This document shows, piece by piece, positions 9,726 through 19,486 of a stretch of 64,000 nucleotides of DNA. The DNA comes from Candidatus Obscuribacterales bacterium. Its GTDB lineage: Bacteria; Cyanobacteriota; Vampirovibrionia; Obscuribacterales; Obscuribacteraceae. The notes beneath the pieces were generated by a model. The model made no database searches, was not told the DNA's origin, and was given only the letters and a program-made list of their open reading frames with translations. The stretch spans positions 672,001 to 736,000 of the forward strand of contig CBDDIJ010000002.1 of assembly GCA_965228855.1 (NCBI GenBank), written 5' to 3'. Made by a program: the position numbers and the translations under genes. Each line of letters begins with the position of its first letter. The first letter of the stretch is position 1.

Positions 9726-11201
9726 TTACTTCGCGGCTTCCGAACTCTTGCCGGCCACGTCGCCTGGGGCGACCGGAGTGTTCTCGGCGGCAGGTGCGGC
9801 GGAAGTGTTTTCAACCGGTGCGGAACCGGAAACAGCATCGCTGGCCGAAGGCGCTGCGCCAGGAGCAACGACGCCTTCCGAAGCCTTCGGATCGGCGGCG
9901 GGAACCGCCTTGATCTCGAGCTCCGTGAGCATCGTGTCCACACCGCCCGTGGTGGCGGGGGTGCCACCGGCAGCCTTCGCCTCCTTCTTGGCGCGCGCCT
10001 TGGAGCACGCACCACCGCAGCCGCCGGCTTTCTGCGCCAGCGCGCAGCCACCGGTGACGGGCAGCGAGCCGGGAGCCGGACCGCCGGGGTTGCCGTGCAC
10101 CGACACTTCCTTCATCGCCCAGCGGCGCGCGAACATCGGGTTGGCACCACGCACAGGCGACGGGATCACCGAGACTTCCTTGCCGCGAGCGGTCGGGAAG
10201 ACGTGGCGATCGATGTCGTGCCCGTCACGCAGGAAGGCGTCGTACATGCGGCGACAGGCGACCAGGTAGCGGTCGACACCGATCATGGCCTGGCCGGGCA
10301 GCACCTCGGGAGTGCACGACTCCAGCACCACGCGGTCCTCCTCGAGGATGGTGTTGCCGAGGTTGCGCAGGCGGTCGTCGGCGGTTTCCGTCTTCTCGAA
10401 GTTGCGCACGCCCATCATGCCGAAAACGACGGTGTCGTCGTCGATCGGCGTGAAGTGGAAGAGCGTGACGTCCTTGTAGGGACCGACCGAGAACGAGTTG
10501 ACCACGACGGTCGGCATGTGGAACCGCAGATACGAGTCGATGTCCGGGTTCGGGCCGAGCTCGGGCGTCGGCGGGAAGACCGGGATGCTCTCGTTGAACT
10601 TGACCTTGACGCGGCACCAGACCTCGTACTTACTGCGCTCCACCTTGTAGTCGTCACGGAACGGGTGATCGGCGTTGCCGAACGAGTTGCCGTGCAAGTA
10701 CGAGAAGTGCGTGAAGTCGATCAGGTTCTCGAGCAGCGGTCGCAGCGAGCATTCCCACTCGTACTTGGTGTAGAGCGGGTGGAAGTTCGGGTCGTTGAAC
10801 TCCGGGATGTCGACGATCGGCGGACGCTTGTCCTCCGGTTCGTCACCCAGGTAGACCCAGAGCAGACCGTACTTCTCCACGACCGGATACGAGTCCACCA
10901 GCAGCGCCGGTGAGATCTTGCTCTGGTCGGTGAACGCCGGCACGACCGCGCAATCACCGTCGCCACCGTAGGCGAAGTGGTGATACGGGCAGACGAGATT
11001 GCCGTCGACGACCTTGCCCAGCGACAGCTTGGCGCCCATGTGTGCGCACATATCGTGAAGGGCGCGAACATTGCCATCCTTGTCCAGGAACAGCGCGATG
11101 TCCATGCCCAGAAGCTTCTTCCGGACGGGTTGCGTCTCCACGGTGACTTCCGAGGGCTCGCCGACCACGTACCAGAAACCTTTCAGCCATTCTCTCTTCA
11201 T
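9726..11201 (-). CDS. Rieske non-heme iron oxygenase alpha subunit with Cys/Ala-rich C-terminal extension
   Basis: CAH...CPYH and ENLIDFTHFSYLH; close paralog of 52..1185; start MKREWLKG after GGAG. Confidence 0.9.
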   Translation of the reverse strand: MKREWLKGFWYVVGEPSEVTVETQPVRKKLLGMDIALFLDKDGNVRALHDMCAHMGAKLSLGKVVDGNLVCPYHHFAYGGDGDCAVVPAFTDQSKISPALLVDSYPVVEKYGLLWVYLGDEPEDKRPPIVDIPEFNDPNFHPLYTKYEWECSLRPLLENLIDFTHFSYLHGNSFGNADHPFRDDYKVERSKYEVWCRVKVKFNESIPVFPPTPELGPNPDIDSYLRFHMPTVVVNSFSVGPYKDVTLFHFTPIDDDTVVFGMMGVRNFEKTETADDRLRNLGNTILEEDRVVLESCTPEVLPGQAMIGVDRYLVACRRMYDAFLRDGHDIDRHVFPTARGKEVSVIPSPVRGANPMFARRWAMKEVSVHGNPGGPAPGSLPVTGGCALAQKAGGCGGACSKARAKKEAKAAGGTPATTGGVDTMLTELEIKAVPAADPKASEGVVAPGAAPSASDAVSGSAPVENTSAAPAAENTPVAPGDVAGKSSEAAK

Positions 11202-11220
11202 TTGAATGTCTCCTTGTCCA

Positions 11221-12429
11221 TCAGGACTTGATACTGTCTGCCGCGCCATCATTGGCGGTGGCAGTCGCAGGCTCGGAAGCGTCCGCTTCCTGCTGCTGAG
11301 AAGATGTAGGAATGTTGGCTGCTAGAGCCGTTTCGACAGCGGGCGCTTCGCCCGTTGTCACAATAAGCGAGTCCAGCGCATCCGCTTGTGACGCGCAAGA
11401 CGTTTCGTTCTCACCGGCATCCGTGCCGGTGGTGGCGGCAGCTGGGGAAGACCCGGCAGCCGTGGGGGAAAGCACCGGAGCTTGACGAGCCGCAACAGCA
11501 GCTTCGTAGCTGAACTCCGGGTCCAGGTCCGCATCGAGTGCGATACCATGGAAGTCGTTGAACCAGTCACGACAGACCTTACCGTGCGCATCGCGCAGAC
11601 GGTTGAGGTAAGCCGGCCAGTCGCGCTTGCGCGAGCATAGTGCCTCGAGCACGGCTTGGAATGGCGCTTGCTGTTCCTTCCGGAACTCTTCCAGCGCCCC
11701 CTCCCTCCCCTGCTCAAACCGCTTCAAATGCCGCGAGAGTGGAACCGACCCGAGATAGCGCCCTTCGGCAACCGACTCCCTGATGAATTCCTCGTCCTCC
11801 TCGCCCTCGACCTTGTTGCCGACGACGTAGGTTTTTTCCGCAAGCTCCGGCGAGACGCCGATAAAATCACGGTAAACGCTGACCGACTTGGCCGTCGGCT
11901 CGACGACAAACACATTCATGTCGTAAGCGAACCACAGCGAAGTCGCCAGATTGTCGGTACCGGCGGTGGTATCAGCGACCACGAAGTCGGTTTCGCCGTC
12001 CAGCATGTGATGCAGGATAGCGGCGAGACCGAACAGCTTGGTGTGGTAGCACGAACCACCCATGTCGGCTTGTTTGTACTGACCGACGGTCAGCAGCGCG
12101 AGCGAACCGTCGACCAGCGCATAGCGCCGGAGCAACTCGTCCGCGGGACTGACGGCGATGAAGTTCGAATCGAGCGAGGGCGGAGTCGTAGCCAACATCG
12201 GGCGTTCCCCGAGGTCGGTGCGCTCGCCGCGCAGATATTCGATCACCTCATCGAAGTGACCTTCGAGATGCACCGGGTCTCCCGACAAGCCCAACGCGGT
12301 TTTGAAATGCGCGTTGACGTCGGCATCGAGTGCAAGAACAAACGGGAATCGATCGGCGAGGTACCGGGCAAAGCCAGCGGCAGTCGTCGTTTTACCCGAA
12401 CCACCTTTGCCAAGGAATGCGATTCTCAT
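11221..12429 (-). CDS. CooC-like MinD/ParA-family P-loop ATPase
   Basis: MRIAFLGKGGSGKTT, LDAD, GGSCYH, VVADTTAG, VVEPT, VVGNK. Confidence 0.82.
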   Translation of the reverse strand: MRIAFLGKGGSGKTTTAAGFARYLADRFPFVLALDADVNAHFKTALGLSGDPVHLEGHFDEVIEYLRGERTDLGERPMLATTPPSLDSNFIAVSPADELLRRYALVDGSLALLTVGQYKQADMGGSCYHTKLFGLAAILHHMLDGETDFVVADTTAGTDNLATSLWFAYDMNVFVVEPTAKSVSVYRDFIGVSPELAEKTYVVGNKVEGEEDEEFIRESVAEGRYLGSVPLSRHLKRFEQGREGALEEFRKEQQAPFQAVLEALCSRKRDWPAYLNRLRDAHGKVCRDWFNDFHGIALDADLDPEFSYEAAVAARQAPVLSPTAAGSSPAAATTGTDAGENETSCASQADALDSLIVTTGEAPAVETALAANIPTSSQQQEADASEPATATANDGAADSIKS

Positions 12430-12442
12430 TGGCAGTCCTCCA

Positions 12443-12760
12443 TTATGTTCTAGTGTTCATTCCGGAACGCGAGCCCGGAAAGGGAATGACTGTTGGAGCA
12501 TCGAGCTCCAATTCACGAGAGGATGAAACTCCTTGTCGCGACGCACTCGGAACCAGTCCAAGAGCGCGCTGCAGTTGTTTAACTTGTCGGGGTGACATGG
12601 TCACCGAGGACTGCGTGAACCAACCGATTCCCGAAGCCCAACTCTGTTGTTTCAAACAGACGCGACTGCCGGACGCATCATGGAGCAAAACCAGCTCGAT
12701 GCGTTCGGTCTGCGAGTCGTCTGACAGCTCTGCCAGTACGACCTCCTTCTGACCGTTCAA
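12443..12760 (-). CDS. Hypothetical protein, first gene of the Rieske operon
   Basis: TTG start after GGAG; KQQSWASGIGWFTQ segment; 13 bp gap to the ATPase. Confidence 0.65.
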   Translation of the reverse strand: MNGQKEVVLAELSDDSQTERIELVLLHDASGSRVCLKQQSWASGIGWFTQSSVTMSPRQVKQLQRALGLVPSASRQGVSSSRELELDAPTVIPFPGSRSGMNTRT

Positions 12761-12913
12761 AGCAATTCTCCGAATGGAAAAGAAGCGGAACGATTCTCAA
12801 AACCCGCCATCAGCTAAGCGCTAACGCGTTGTCTTCTTAATTAGTTATTTGTCTGTAAAAGAAGTTCTGTGTGGTTTAGCCAGGTTTGGGAAAAGAAACA
12901 TTAGACTCAAAGA

Positions 12914-12928
12914 CAATAATCATTCGCA
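12914..12928. promoter_or_regulatory. Fur-like box CAATAAT-C-ATTCGCA
   Basis: Imperfect 7-1-7 dyad upstream of the Rieske operon. Confidence 0.5.
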
Positions 12929-13062
12929 ATAGACTTATTCAAAGAAATGACTATGAATGTGAACCAAGGCGCCAAAATCGCTTGTCTACCCCGAAACGGC
13001 ATACATGTCTGGCTTTCGCCCATTTTTGGGGCAGCGAAACTCGTTGCGCTATCGCAAGTTTT

Positions 13063-13077
13063 TGCAAATCATTCTCA
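13063..13077. promoter_or_regulatory. Fur-like box TGCAAAT-C-ATTCTCA
   Basis: Identical 15-mer at 28082; fits the TGAGAAT-N-ATT(C/T)(T/G)CA pattern. Confidence 0.65.
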
Positions 13078-13118
13078 ACAAAACAGCTTCGCCAGGCTCG
13101 CGGGTTTGAAAAAGGTTT

Positions 13119-14528
13119 TCATTCCATCGCCCCAGCGTTGAACCGATTCACTAACGGAACAGCCATCGCGCAAACTAGCGAAACGCTGGCTGACAGACAC
13201 ATCAGCGGCGCAATGCTGTTCGCGAACACATGGGTGTAGAGAAATCCGCCCGTAAGTTGACCAAGCTGTCCGAATCCATTATAGGTGGCGATCAGGATAG
13301 AAAATGCGGTCGCCTCGATCTTGGACGGGCAAACCGTCGAAGCTGCTCCGTACAGCGCCAATATCGAAACAGTCGATGCGATTCCCCAGCAGAAGTGAAT
13401 AACCGACGCTCCAAACACGTTACCGTTCAACAACAGGTAGCCGAGACTGGCGGCAGAACTCACAAGAGCAGTTGTGACCAACTGCCTCTTAATGCTGAAA
13501 TGACGCTCAAACAACATCTTGAATAGCAGACCTCCGCAAAGCATGCCGAACGACGTGCATGCATTCAGTTGGCCGACGGTCAACTGATCGAACTTTAAAA
13601 CGTTTGATTCGTAGAAATATAGCGGCACTCCGCATATTGGGCTGAGGTTGAAAATACAGATATAGGCAAGGACAGCGAGGAAACGGGGGGACTTCAAACA
13701 AGCCAAGAACGCGCCTTTGATCGAAGCAAATTGAAAACCGACGTGATCGGCTCGCCTTTCCCGCACCACATATAACACCACATACAAAAACAGCAACGGC
13801 ATTAACCCGGCTAATACAGCGGCATAATTGATAGCATCGTGGTCACCGAACTTACTGCAGAGATAACCCCCCAGAGCCACGCACGCGATGTTCGCACTGT
13901 AATACGACAGGGATTGTGTACTCCACAGATTCCTGAGAGTTCCGTCGCGCAGACAGGCTTCCACCGTGAGAGCGTTTAGCACGACGTTTGCAAACGCCAT
14001 GCCGATACTACCCAGCACCAGAGCCGCCATCATCGCGTTAAGATGATCGAGGAGCGGAACGCAGAGCATAGCGAGCCCTGCCAGAGCACTGGCCAAGAGC
14101 AAATAGGAACGCCTGCGATAACCTGCAATTGGAAAAAAGTCCGTGAGAACTGCATATATCGGTTTGATAATCCATGGCACCATGAGCAGTGACATACATC
14201 CGGCTACGCTGGCGGCTGTAAGCCCCTCATGCTGCATCAGATAGTACTGAAGCGGCTGACTCAAAATGCCAAAATGTTGAGAAGCACCCTGAACGACATA
14301 TGCGGCGACGAAGAAGGCAATCGGCGTAAGCATCGCCTTCCGATCCTCGGATACGACCACCCCATCGGCGGCCAGGTTTGTCATGCCTGCAGCGGTCGAA
14401 TCGTCCTGCGAAGACGAGTAATCGGCGTTGTTCTCAACAGAATTCATAAACCCGGGTATCCACTCTGGTTCTTCACCAGATATGCTAACAAACCATTCAA
14501 ATTTAAACGGTTCCAGTCGCAATGACAT
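13119..14528 (-). CDS. MFS transporter, folate-biopterin (BT1)-like
   Basis: About 12 TM segments; PWIIKPIYAVLTDFFPIAGYRRRSY and CPSKIEATAFS motifs; true start may be internal. Confidence 0.85.
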   Translation of the reverse strand: MSLRLEPFKFEWFVSISGEEPEWIPGFMNSVENNADYSSSQDDSTAAGMTNLAADGVVVSEDRKAMLTPIAFFVAAYVVQGASQHFGILSQPLQYYLMQHEGLTAASVAGCMSLLMVPWIIKPIYAVLTDFFPIAGYRRRSYLLLASALAGLAMLCVPLLDHLNAMMAALVLGSIGMAFANVVLNALTVEACLRDGTLRNLWSTQSLSYYSANIACVALGGYLCSKFGDHDAINYAAVLAGLMPLLFLYVVLYVVRERRADHVGFQFASIKGAFLACLKSPRFLAVLAYICIFNLSPICGVPLYFYESNVLKFDQLTVGQLNACTSFGMLCGGLLFKMLFERHFSIKRQLVTTALVSSAASLGYLLLNGNVFGASVIHFCWGIASTVSILALYGAASTVCPSKIEATAFSILIATYNGFGQLGQLTGGFLYTHVFANSIAPLMCLSASVSLVCAMAVPLVNRFNAGAME

Positions 14529-14554
14529 GACACGCTAATAACGTCATTACAAAG

Positions 14555-14591
14555 CGAAAAGCGACCTGCTTCGATCGCGGGTCGCTTTTCG
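14555..14591 (-). terminator. Intrinsic terminator hairpin downstream of the His-rich gene
   Basis: CGAAAAGCGACC / GGTCGCTTTTCG stem. Confidence 0.6.
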
Positions 14592-14633
14592 TTTCGTACT
14601 TCAAAACTCAGGTCTACACGACCTTCACTGAGA

Positions 14634-14957
14634 CTACTTGCTCAGATTTACTTTACCGTGGTCATCGCAGTGACCATCATGGTGATGATGAAGGTGACCA
14701 TCAACGAGATAGCAGGTGTGATCGCCGTGCGGAACGGCTTCGTGTCCGCAGTCCTTACCGTGAACATGGCCTGCTTCGTGGCCTTTGCAGGAGTGGTCGC
14801 CGCAGCCGAGCTGGTGCTCGTCCACGTGATCGCCGTGCTGATGATGGAGATGACCATCGTGGAGATAGTCCGTGTGATCTCCGTGCTGAACAGCAGTATG
14901 CCCGCAGGTTGCCGAATGCTTATGCTCGTGATCGCCATGTGTCTTGCAGTTGCTCAT
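14634..14957 (-). CDS. Small His/Cys-rich putative metal-binding protein
   Basis: Two internal repeats CGHxAVxHGDHxxYLxDGHLHH; GGAG RBS. Confidence 0.85.
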   Translation of the reverse strand: MSNCKTHGDHEHKHSATCGHTAVQHGDHTDYLHDGHLHHQHGDHVDEHQLGCGDHSCKGHEAGHVHGKDCGHEAVPHGDHTCYLVDGHLHHHHDGHCDDHGKVNLSK

Positions 14958-14998
14958 TTCTTACTCCGTTTGCGAATTCTGAGATACTAATTTGATAA

Positions 14999-15013
14999 TC
15001 AAAACCGTTTTCG
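14999..15013. promoter_or_regulatory. Zur-like box TCAAAAC-C-GTTTTCG
   Basis: Dyad about 40 bp upstream of the His-rich gene; same class as the boxes at 2612 and 15200. Confidence 0.55.
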
Positions 15014-15199
15014 ATTTCAGGCTCGCCGCCTGCGTCGCGCCAAACGCGCAACAACTCCCTTTATAATGCACCAATTCGCAACGCGTCAATCGCGCGCCAC
15101 CACCCACGAGACTAAGGAAAAATGAAGATCATCCAAAGACCGGCTCGATATGCCCACTTCAGACGAACATAAAATTGCTCGTAAATTTATATTGGACAT

Positions 15200-15214
15200 C
15201 GAAAACCGTTTTCA
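15200..15214. promoter_or_regulatory. Zur-like box CGAAAAC-C-GTTTTCA
   Basis: Near-perfect 7-1-7 dyad; a further dyad AACGATAATCGTTGTCGTT lies at 15262-15280. Confidence 0.55.
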
Positions 15215-15330
15215 TTCCCTCAAAACCGGCTACCCATGCCACAAACGGTGCCGTTTTACAGAACGATAATCGTTGTCGTTTTCATCAAACTCACCGACTT
15301 CATCCGGTTGCTTTCAGGACCTGAAATAGA

Positions 15331-16035
15331 TCAAACGACCCGTCGAGCAAAGAAACTGACATCGACGCAAGACCATGTGACCAAACGACCGCCGTACTCA
15401 AGATCTTCTTTGTACGGAACGAGTGAAAGCCTGTCGACAAGCCAGCCCTCGTAGTGCTTTTGGAGCATTTCGGTAACCTGCTCTTTCGTCATCGGAGTTT
15501 CCACTCTAGTGTCAATCACTTCGCCGGTATCGCATGCGGTGACATGACGGTCGGTTGAAATCGTCAAGCGATTAGCGCCAAAGACTTTAGTACCACGCAC
15601 GATCTGTTCCAGGAGCCGGTTTACACCCTGCAAGGAACTGCTGTGCTCGAGAACAGAAACAGATAATATCGCATCATAACTATCTGGCTCTATCTCAATC
15701 GCATCCATGTCGATGCATCGACCGAAGATACTTCCCTGCACGTCAAACTGTTCCGCATAGCCGTGAAGAAGCTCAATAGCTGATTCTAGAACGTCATAAC
15801 AATCTACATGAACGCCATTCAGCTTCAATTCTCTCGCTATCGGGATCGCATTTCGACCGACACCACATCCGATATCAAGCACTTTCGAATTCGAGCGCCC
15901 GGAAAGAAACGAGACTAAGCGATTAACCTCTTCATCCGGCTTTTGGAGCCAACCTTCTTCAAACAGCTTATGAGAAGAATAGTAGCTCTCGTGATACCGA
16001 ATGGTTTCTTCTCGAGCCACTTGATTGAGTTCCAT
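15331..16035 (-). CDS. Class I SAM-dependent methyltransferase
   Basis: VLDIGCGVGRNA; SYDAILSVSVLEH. Confidence 0.88.
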   Translation of the reverse strand: MELNQVAREETIRYHESYYSSHKLFEEGWLQKPDEEVNRLVSFLSGRSNSKVLDIGCGVGRNAIPIARELKLNGVHVDCYDVLESAIELLHGYAEQFDVQGSIFGRCIDMDAIEIEPDSYDAILSVSVLEHSSSLQGVNRLLEQIVRGTKVFGANRLTISTDRHVTACDTGEVIDTRVETPMTKEQVTEMLQKHYEGWLVDRLSLVPYKEDLEYGGRLVTWSCVDVSFFARRVV

Positions 16036-17512
16036 GATTCTCCGTCCTTGTGAAGCGATCCTGTTTTACCACTTCGAACCAGGGCATAGGAACTGCATCG
16101 GTGAAGTGATACGAAGCGCGAGCAGGCAAGACGAGATCGCTGGATAGCGCAAGTTCCGAATACAACGATGGCGGAACCCGCATCAAAACGCCACTCTGGT
16201 CGTATGATCCTTTTTCAACCGTTCCCATCGCATATTCCGGCAACATGACGACTGGCAGCTTCCGAATCGCACGAGTGCGTCTCATCATCGGCTTCAACGT
16301 GTACGAAAGCTGATGACGAATATTGCTATCGGCAAGAAATGCTGCGAGCTGTTTCAAACTCTCATAGAGCGAAACTTGACCCAATGCTTCACGGTGACCG
16401 GAAACATAATCCCTTACGGCAAGCTGGAATTCGTCGTTATCGAGCGACCATTCCGTATGAATTGCGTGCTTCAAAATGTTCCAGATCCAACTGGACGTCA
16501 CTCGGTGATTTCCATCCGCAACGCTGTCAAATTCATTGACGACGACCGGAGCAAAGCCACGCGCCGGAAGGTTCAACAACTCTTGAATCAAGCGCTCGGG
16601 AACGCACAGTTCCGTTGCGCGAATTTGACTGAGCGGCATAAAACCGACATCTAGCCAGGTGTTCGAATACCAACCGGAAGCCACGGGCATGATGCGCGAA
16701 ACATAAGTCTCATATCCGGCAAATGATTCCAGCTCAAACAAAAACGGCAGCAAATTTCGCTCATTCAATCTCGGTCTAGCCTGCTCGATCAGCCGGCTGA
16801 CAACAGCGATCGCAAACTTCGAATAAACAGGCGCAGGAGTATCGGTCCAGACTGCGTGAATCAGTTTCAAACACGCGGGCGCAGAATCTTTGGCATTGAT
16901 TGCGTTGAAAGCGAGAGAATAGAGCTGTTTCAAATATTCCTGTTTCGCGACACTAAGCTCTCTATCGGTTCTACAATCGACGGCTCCGTGATCGTAATCC
17001 GCGGTGATGAACTGTAGCTTCGGTTTCTCAATGTTCGCCCAGGGCCAAAAGGGCGTCTCATCGACGGCGGTCTTCATCAATCCAATGCTTCCAAGACCAT
17101 CCGAAGGCGAGCCTTTCGAGTAGTCAAACAGTTGCAGAAACTGTTCGAAAGCAAGCGAACCGCGATAACGAAATTTTTCATCAGTAGCGCGCGAAAGGAC
17201 CGTATTCCCCGGGAAAAGCGACAGGATGCGGGGCAAACCACCATCACACTCGAGAGCTGCCGAGACGCGGCGCGAGTAGAAGTGGTCCCAGATGCGAACA
17301 AGATAGCGCGGCACATCAGACGCGCCGACCGACGCATCAAGCCAATTGTAACCGTCAAGGCTACTCAGATCGTCGTGAGTTTCACCGACTAACGGCAACG
17401 ATTTTTGCTTGCTGTAAGCTGACAAATCCGGATCGCGAAACACATTGGTCGTACCGCGACCAACAGCCTGAAAGCCGTATGTTCCGAGAAGTGATGCCGT
17501 TGATGTGACCAT
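15968..17512 (-). CDS. Hypothetical protein with ParB/Srx-like motif
   Basis: 514-aa ORF containing APVVVNEFDSVADGNHRV; overlaps the methyltransferase start. Confidence 0.7.
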   Translation of the reverse strand: MVTSTASLLGTYGFQAVGRGTTNVFRDPDLSAYSKQKSLPLVGETHDDLSSLDGYNWLDASVGASDVPRYLVRIWDHFYSRRVSAALECDGGLPRILSLFPGNTVLSRATDEKFRYRGSLAFEQFLQLFDYSKGSPSDGLGSIGLMKTAVDETPFWPWANIEKPKLQFITADYDHGAVDCRTDRELSVAKQEYLKQLYSLAFNAINAKDSAPACLKLIHAVWTDTPAPVYSKFAIAVVSRLIEQARPRLNERNLLPFLFELESFAGYETYVSRIMPVASGWYSNTWLDVGFMPLSQIRATELCVPERLIQELLNLPARGFAPVVVNEFDSVADGNHRVTSSWIWNILKHAIHTEWSLDNDEFQLAVRDYVSGHREALGQVSLYESLKQLAAFLADSNIRHQLSYTLKPMMRRTRAIRKLPVVMLPEYAMGTVEKGSYDQSGVLMRVPPSLYSELALSSDLVLPARASYHFTDAVPMPWFEVVKQDRFTRTENHGTQSSGSRRNHSVSRELLFFS

Positions 17513-17677
17513 TTGTTAGACCCACCGAGAAGTGAACCAGGTGAAGTTCCCAGACCGAGAAAAACATCAATTTCATTTTGGGTGAAACCTTGGAAATTGT
17601 ACAGAGAACTAGTTTTTAGGTTTGTTATAATGCTCGTTTGTGATACCAAATGTAAAACTACTCGGTCGAGATTTTTC

Positions 17678-18091
17678 ATGGAAACCGCACGAAAAACCCG
17701 AGCACAAAGAGCTGTTTTGACGGCACTGAAAGAGCTCCAAAACGCTACTCCTATGGAGCTTTTCGACCGTATCAATGCTCTGGGAAACTCCAGGCACATT
17801 GGTCTCACGAGCGTTTATCGCGCACTCAACTCGCTCGTAGAAAGTGGCGAATTAAGGCGAGAAAGACTTAATGATACAACCGCGAGATATGGCTTCAACG
17901 ACAGCGCAAAGACGCACAGCCACCACCTTGTATGCGTCAAGTGCAATGAAACCAAACCGCTCGATCAGTGTCCTTTTGACGAAAAAGCGATCACGCTGCA
18001 AGAAAAGTTCACACCCCTGTATCACAATTTCCAAATCTTCGGAATCTGCTTCAAATGCGACGAAAGTCCAGTCACCGCACCAGCCAATTAG
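17678..18091 (+). CDS. Fur-family transcriptional regulator
   Basis: TRAQRAVL, IGLTSVYRALNSL, HSHHLVCVKC, IFGICFKC; TATAAT near 17625. Confidence 0.92.
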   Translation: METARKTRAQRAVLTALKELQNATPMELFDRINALGNSRHIGLTSVYRALNSLVESGELRRERLNDTTARYGFNDSAKTHSHHLVCVKCNETKPLDQCPFDEKAITLQEKFTPLYHNFQIFGICFKCDESPVTAPAN

Positions 18092-18122
18092 GTGAAACGA
18101 TTACTGAACTGAAACGAGCGGC

Positions 18123-18159
18123 AAAAAGAAAACGACCTCCCGCCGGAGCGGAAGGTCGT
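18123..18159. terminator. Terminator between the convergent Fur and GNAT genes
   Basis: ACGACCTCCCGC / GCGGAAGGTCGT stem preceded by an A-tract. Confidence 0.6.
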
Positions 18160-18208
18160 GAATTGAACGTACGTTGAAAGCCTTTTGGCGCCAGCGCTTA
18201 CGCGCCGA

Positions 18209-19486
18209 CTAGCAAGAGCTGTTTAGCTCTGAGCGAATTAGAGAAACGATCTTCCCGGTCAAATTTGCCGGATATCCATAGACCTTTATGACGCTGTTCG
18301 TCTCGCCTGGGAGCGGATTCTTCGCCGCCGCTTCAGGACAGACCCATTGCAAAACCAGCAAATCGTGAAAGCGATGTGTTGCGCCGTCGCCTTCGTGTTC
18401 ATACTGATACAACGGCAGAATACTGTGGAAAACAAAGCCTTCCTTGCGCAAGAAGTTCGCGATTTCAATCGCCGATGGATGATTGGCTTTGATCGTCGCA
18501 CGGATAAAGCGCTTGCCGGGCGCATTTTTCACTTCGTTGATTTTCTCTTTCACGGTTTTCGCATTCGCATGAATATCGAACCCGGAGCCGAAGTCGATGT
18601 AAGTGTGGGCGTAATCAGGCTTGAAGTCCACCTCGAAGTGATCGCTGCGGTCCGCGTTTTCACTCTTCTCATTCACCCGATAATCGAGATGCTCGGCGTA
18701 CTGGGCAAGAATTTCTCTGCCCAACGACTCATACTCATCCGGTACATAAACAAATCGCGGCTTGACCAGCGCGGTCGCCAATTGTTGTTCCGACTCGCTC
18801 GCCTTACCGACAACCTGTCGCGACTCCCGAATCAAGGTTTCGGTCAACTGCGAGTCCGACAATTTGTCCAGGTTACCAATTCGCCCTCTGAGATTCGGCA
18901 ACTCTTTGGCGAAACGACCATGTAACTGGCCGGCCCAAACAACCGACTCCGGTCGATCTACAAAAAACACATTCGGATAATGACTGTAACCGAATCCGAG
19001 GAAACGGTTGTATCCATGCTTGATGTGAGCTGTTTGAGACGCGAGATTGTGAGTCACCATCTCCGTAATGTTCGAAAAGAAAAAGCAATCGTTGATCACT
19101 CGCTTGGCGCCTTCAACGAGAATGCTTCCAATTCCCAAACCGCGGTATGCGCGATCAACCGCCATGCAGTTAAACTCGCAAGCTAGCTCGTGCAGCGAAT
19201 CCGCGATTATGCCTCCAACAATTTCGCCATCAAGCTCAGCGATAAACAAACGGCGATAAGGACTCTCGACTGTCTCCAAAACGCCTGCAGCACTATAAAG
19301 CGACGGATCAGGATATGGCTCGTGACCTTCCGCAGCAATTCCGTTTTTCCCTAGCGCCGCTTCGAACATCGCGGCGACTTTGCGCGCCTTCGCTTCATCA
19401 ACCAGCTCCCCGGTCAGTTCATAAACCTTACAACGCTGTGCAGCATCGGCTTTTGTAAGTTTGGAAATAGTTTTAGTCGCGGTCAT
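18209..19486 (-). CDS. GNAT-family N-acetyltransferase (extended)
   Basis: MAVDRAYRGLGIGSILV acetyl-CoA motif A; ATGA overlap with the upstream gene. Confidence 0.82.
   Translation of the reverse strand: MTATKTISKLTKADAAQRCKVYELTGELVDEAKARKVAAMFEAALGKNGIAAEGHEPYPDPSLYSAAGVLETVESPYRRLFIAELDGEIVGGIIADSLHELACEFNCMAVDRAYRGLGIGSILVEGAKRVINDCFFFSNITEMVTHNLASQTAHIKHGYNRFLGFGYSHYPNVFFVDRPESVVWAGQLHGRFAKELPNLRGRIGNLDKLSDSQLTETLIRESRQVVGKASESEQQLATALVKPRFVYVPDEYESLGREILAQYAEHLDYRVNEKSENADRSDHFEVDFKPDYAHTYIDFGSGFDIHANAKTVKEKINEVKNAPGKRFIRATIKANHPSAIEIANFLRKEGFVFHSILPLYQYEHEGDGATHRFHDLLVLQWVCPEAAAKNPLPGETNSVIKVYGYPANLTGKIVSLIRSELNSSC

Noticed and set aside
11221..12429. Calling the ATPase a true cooC for CO dehydrogenase
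   Set aside because: The CxC motif is replaced by CYH and there is no cooS nearby
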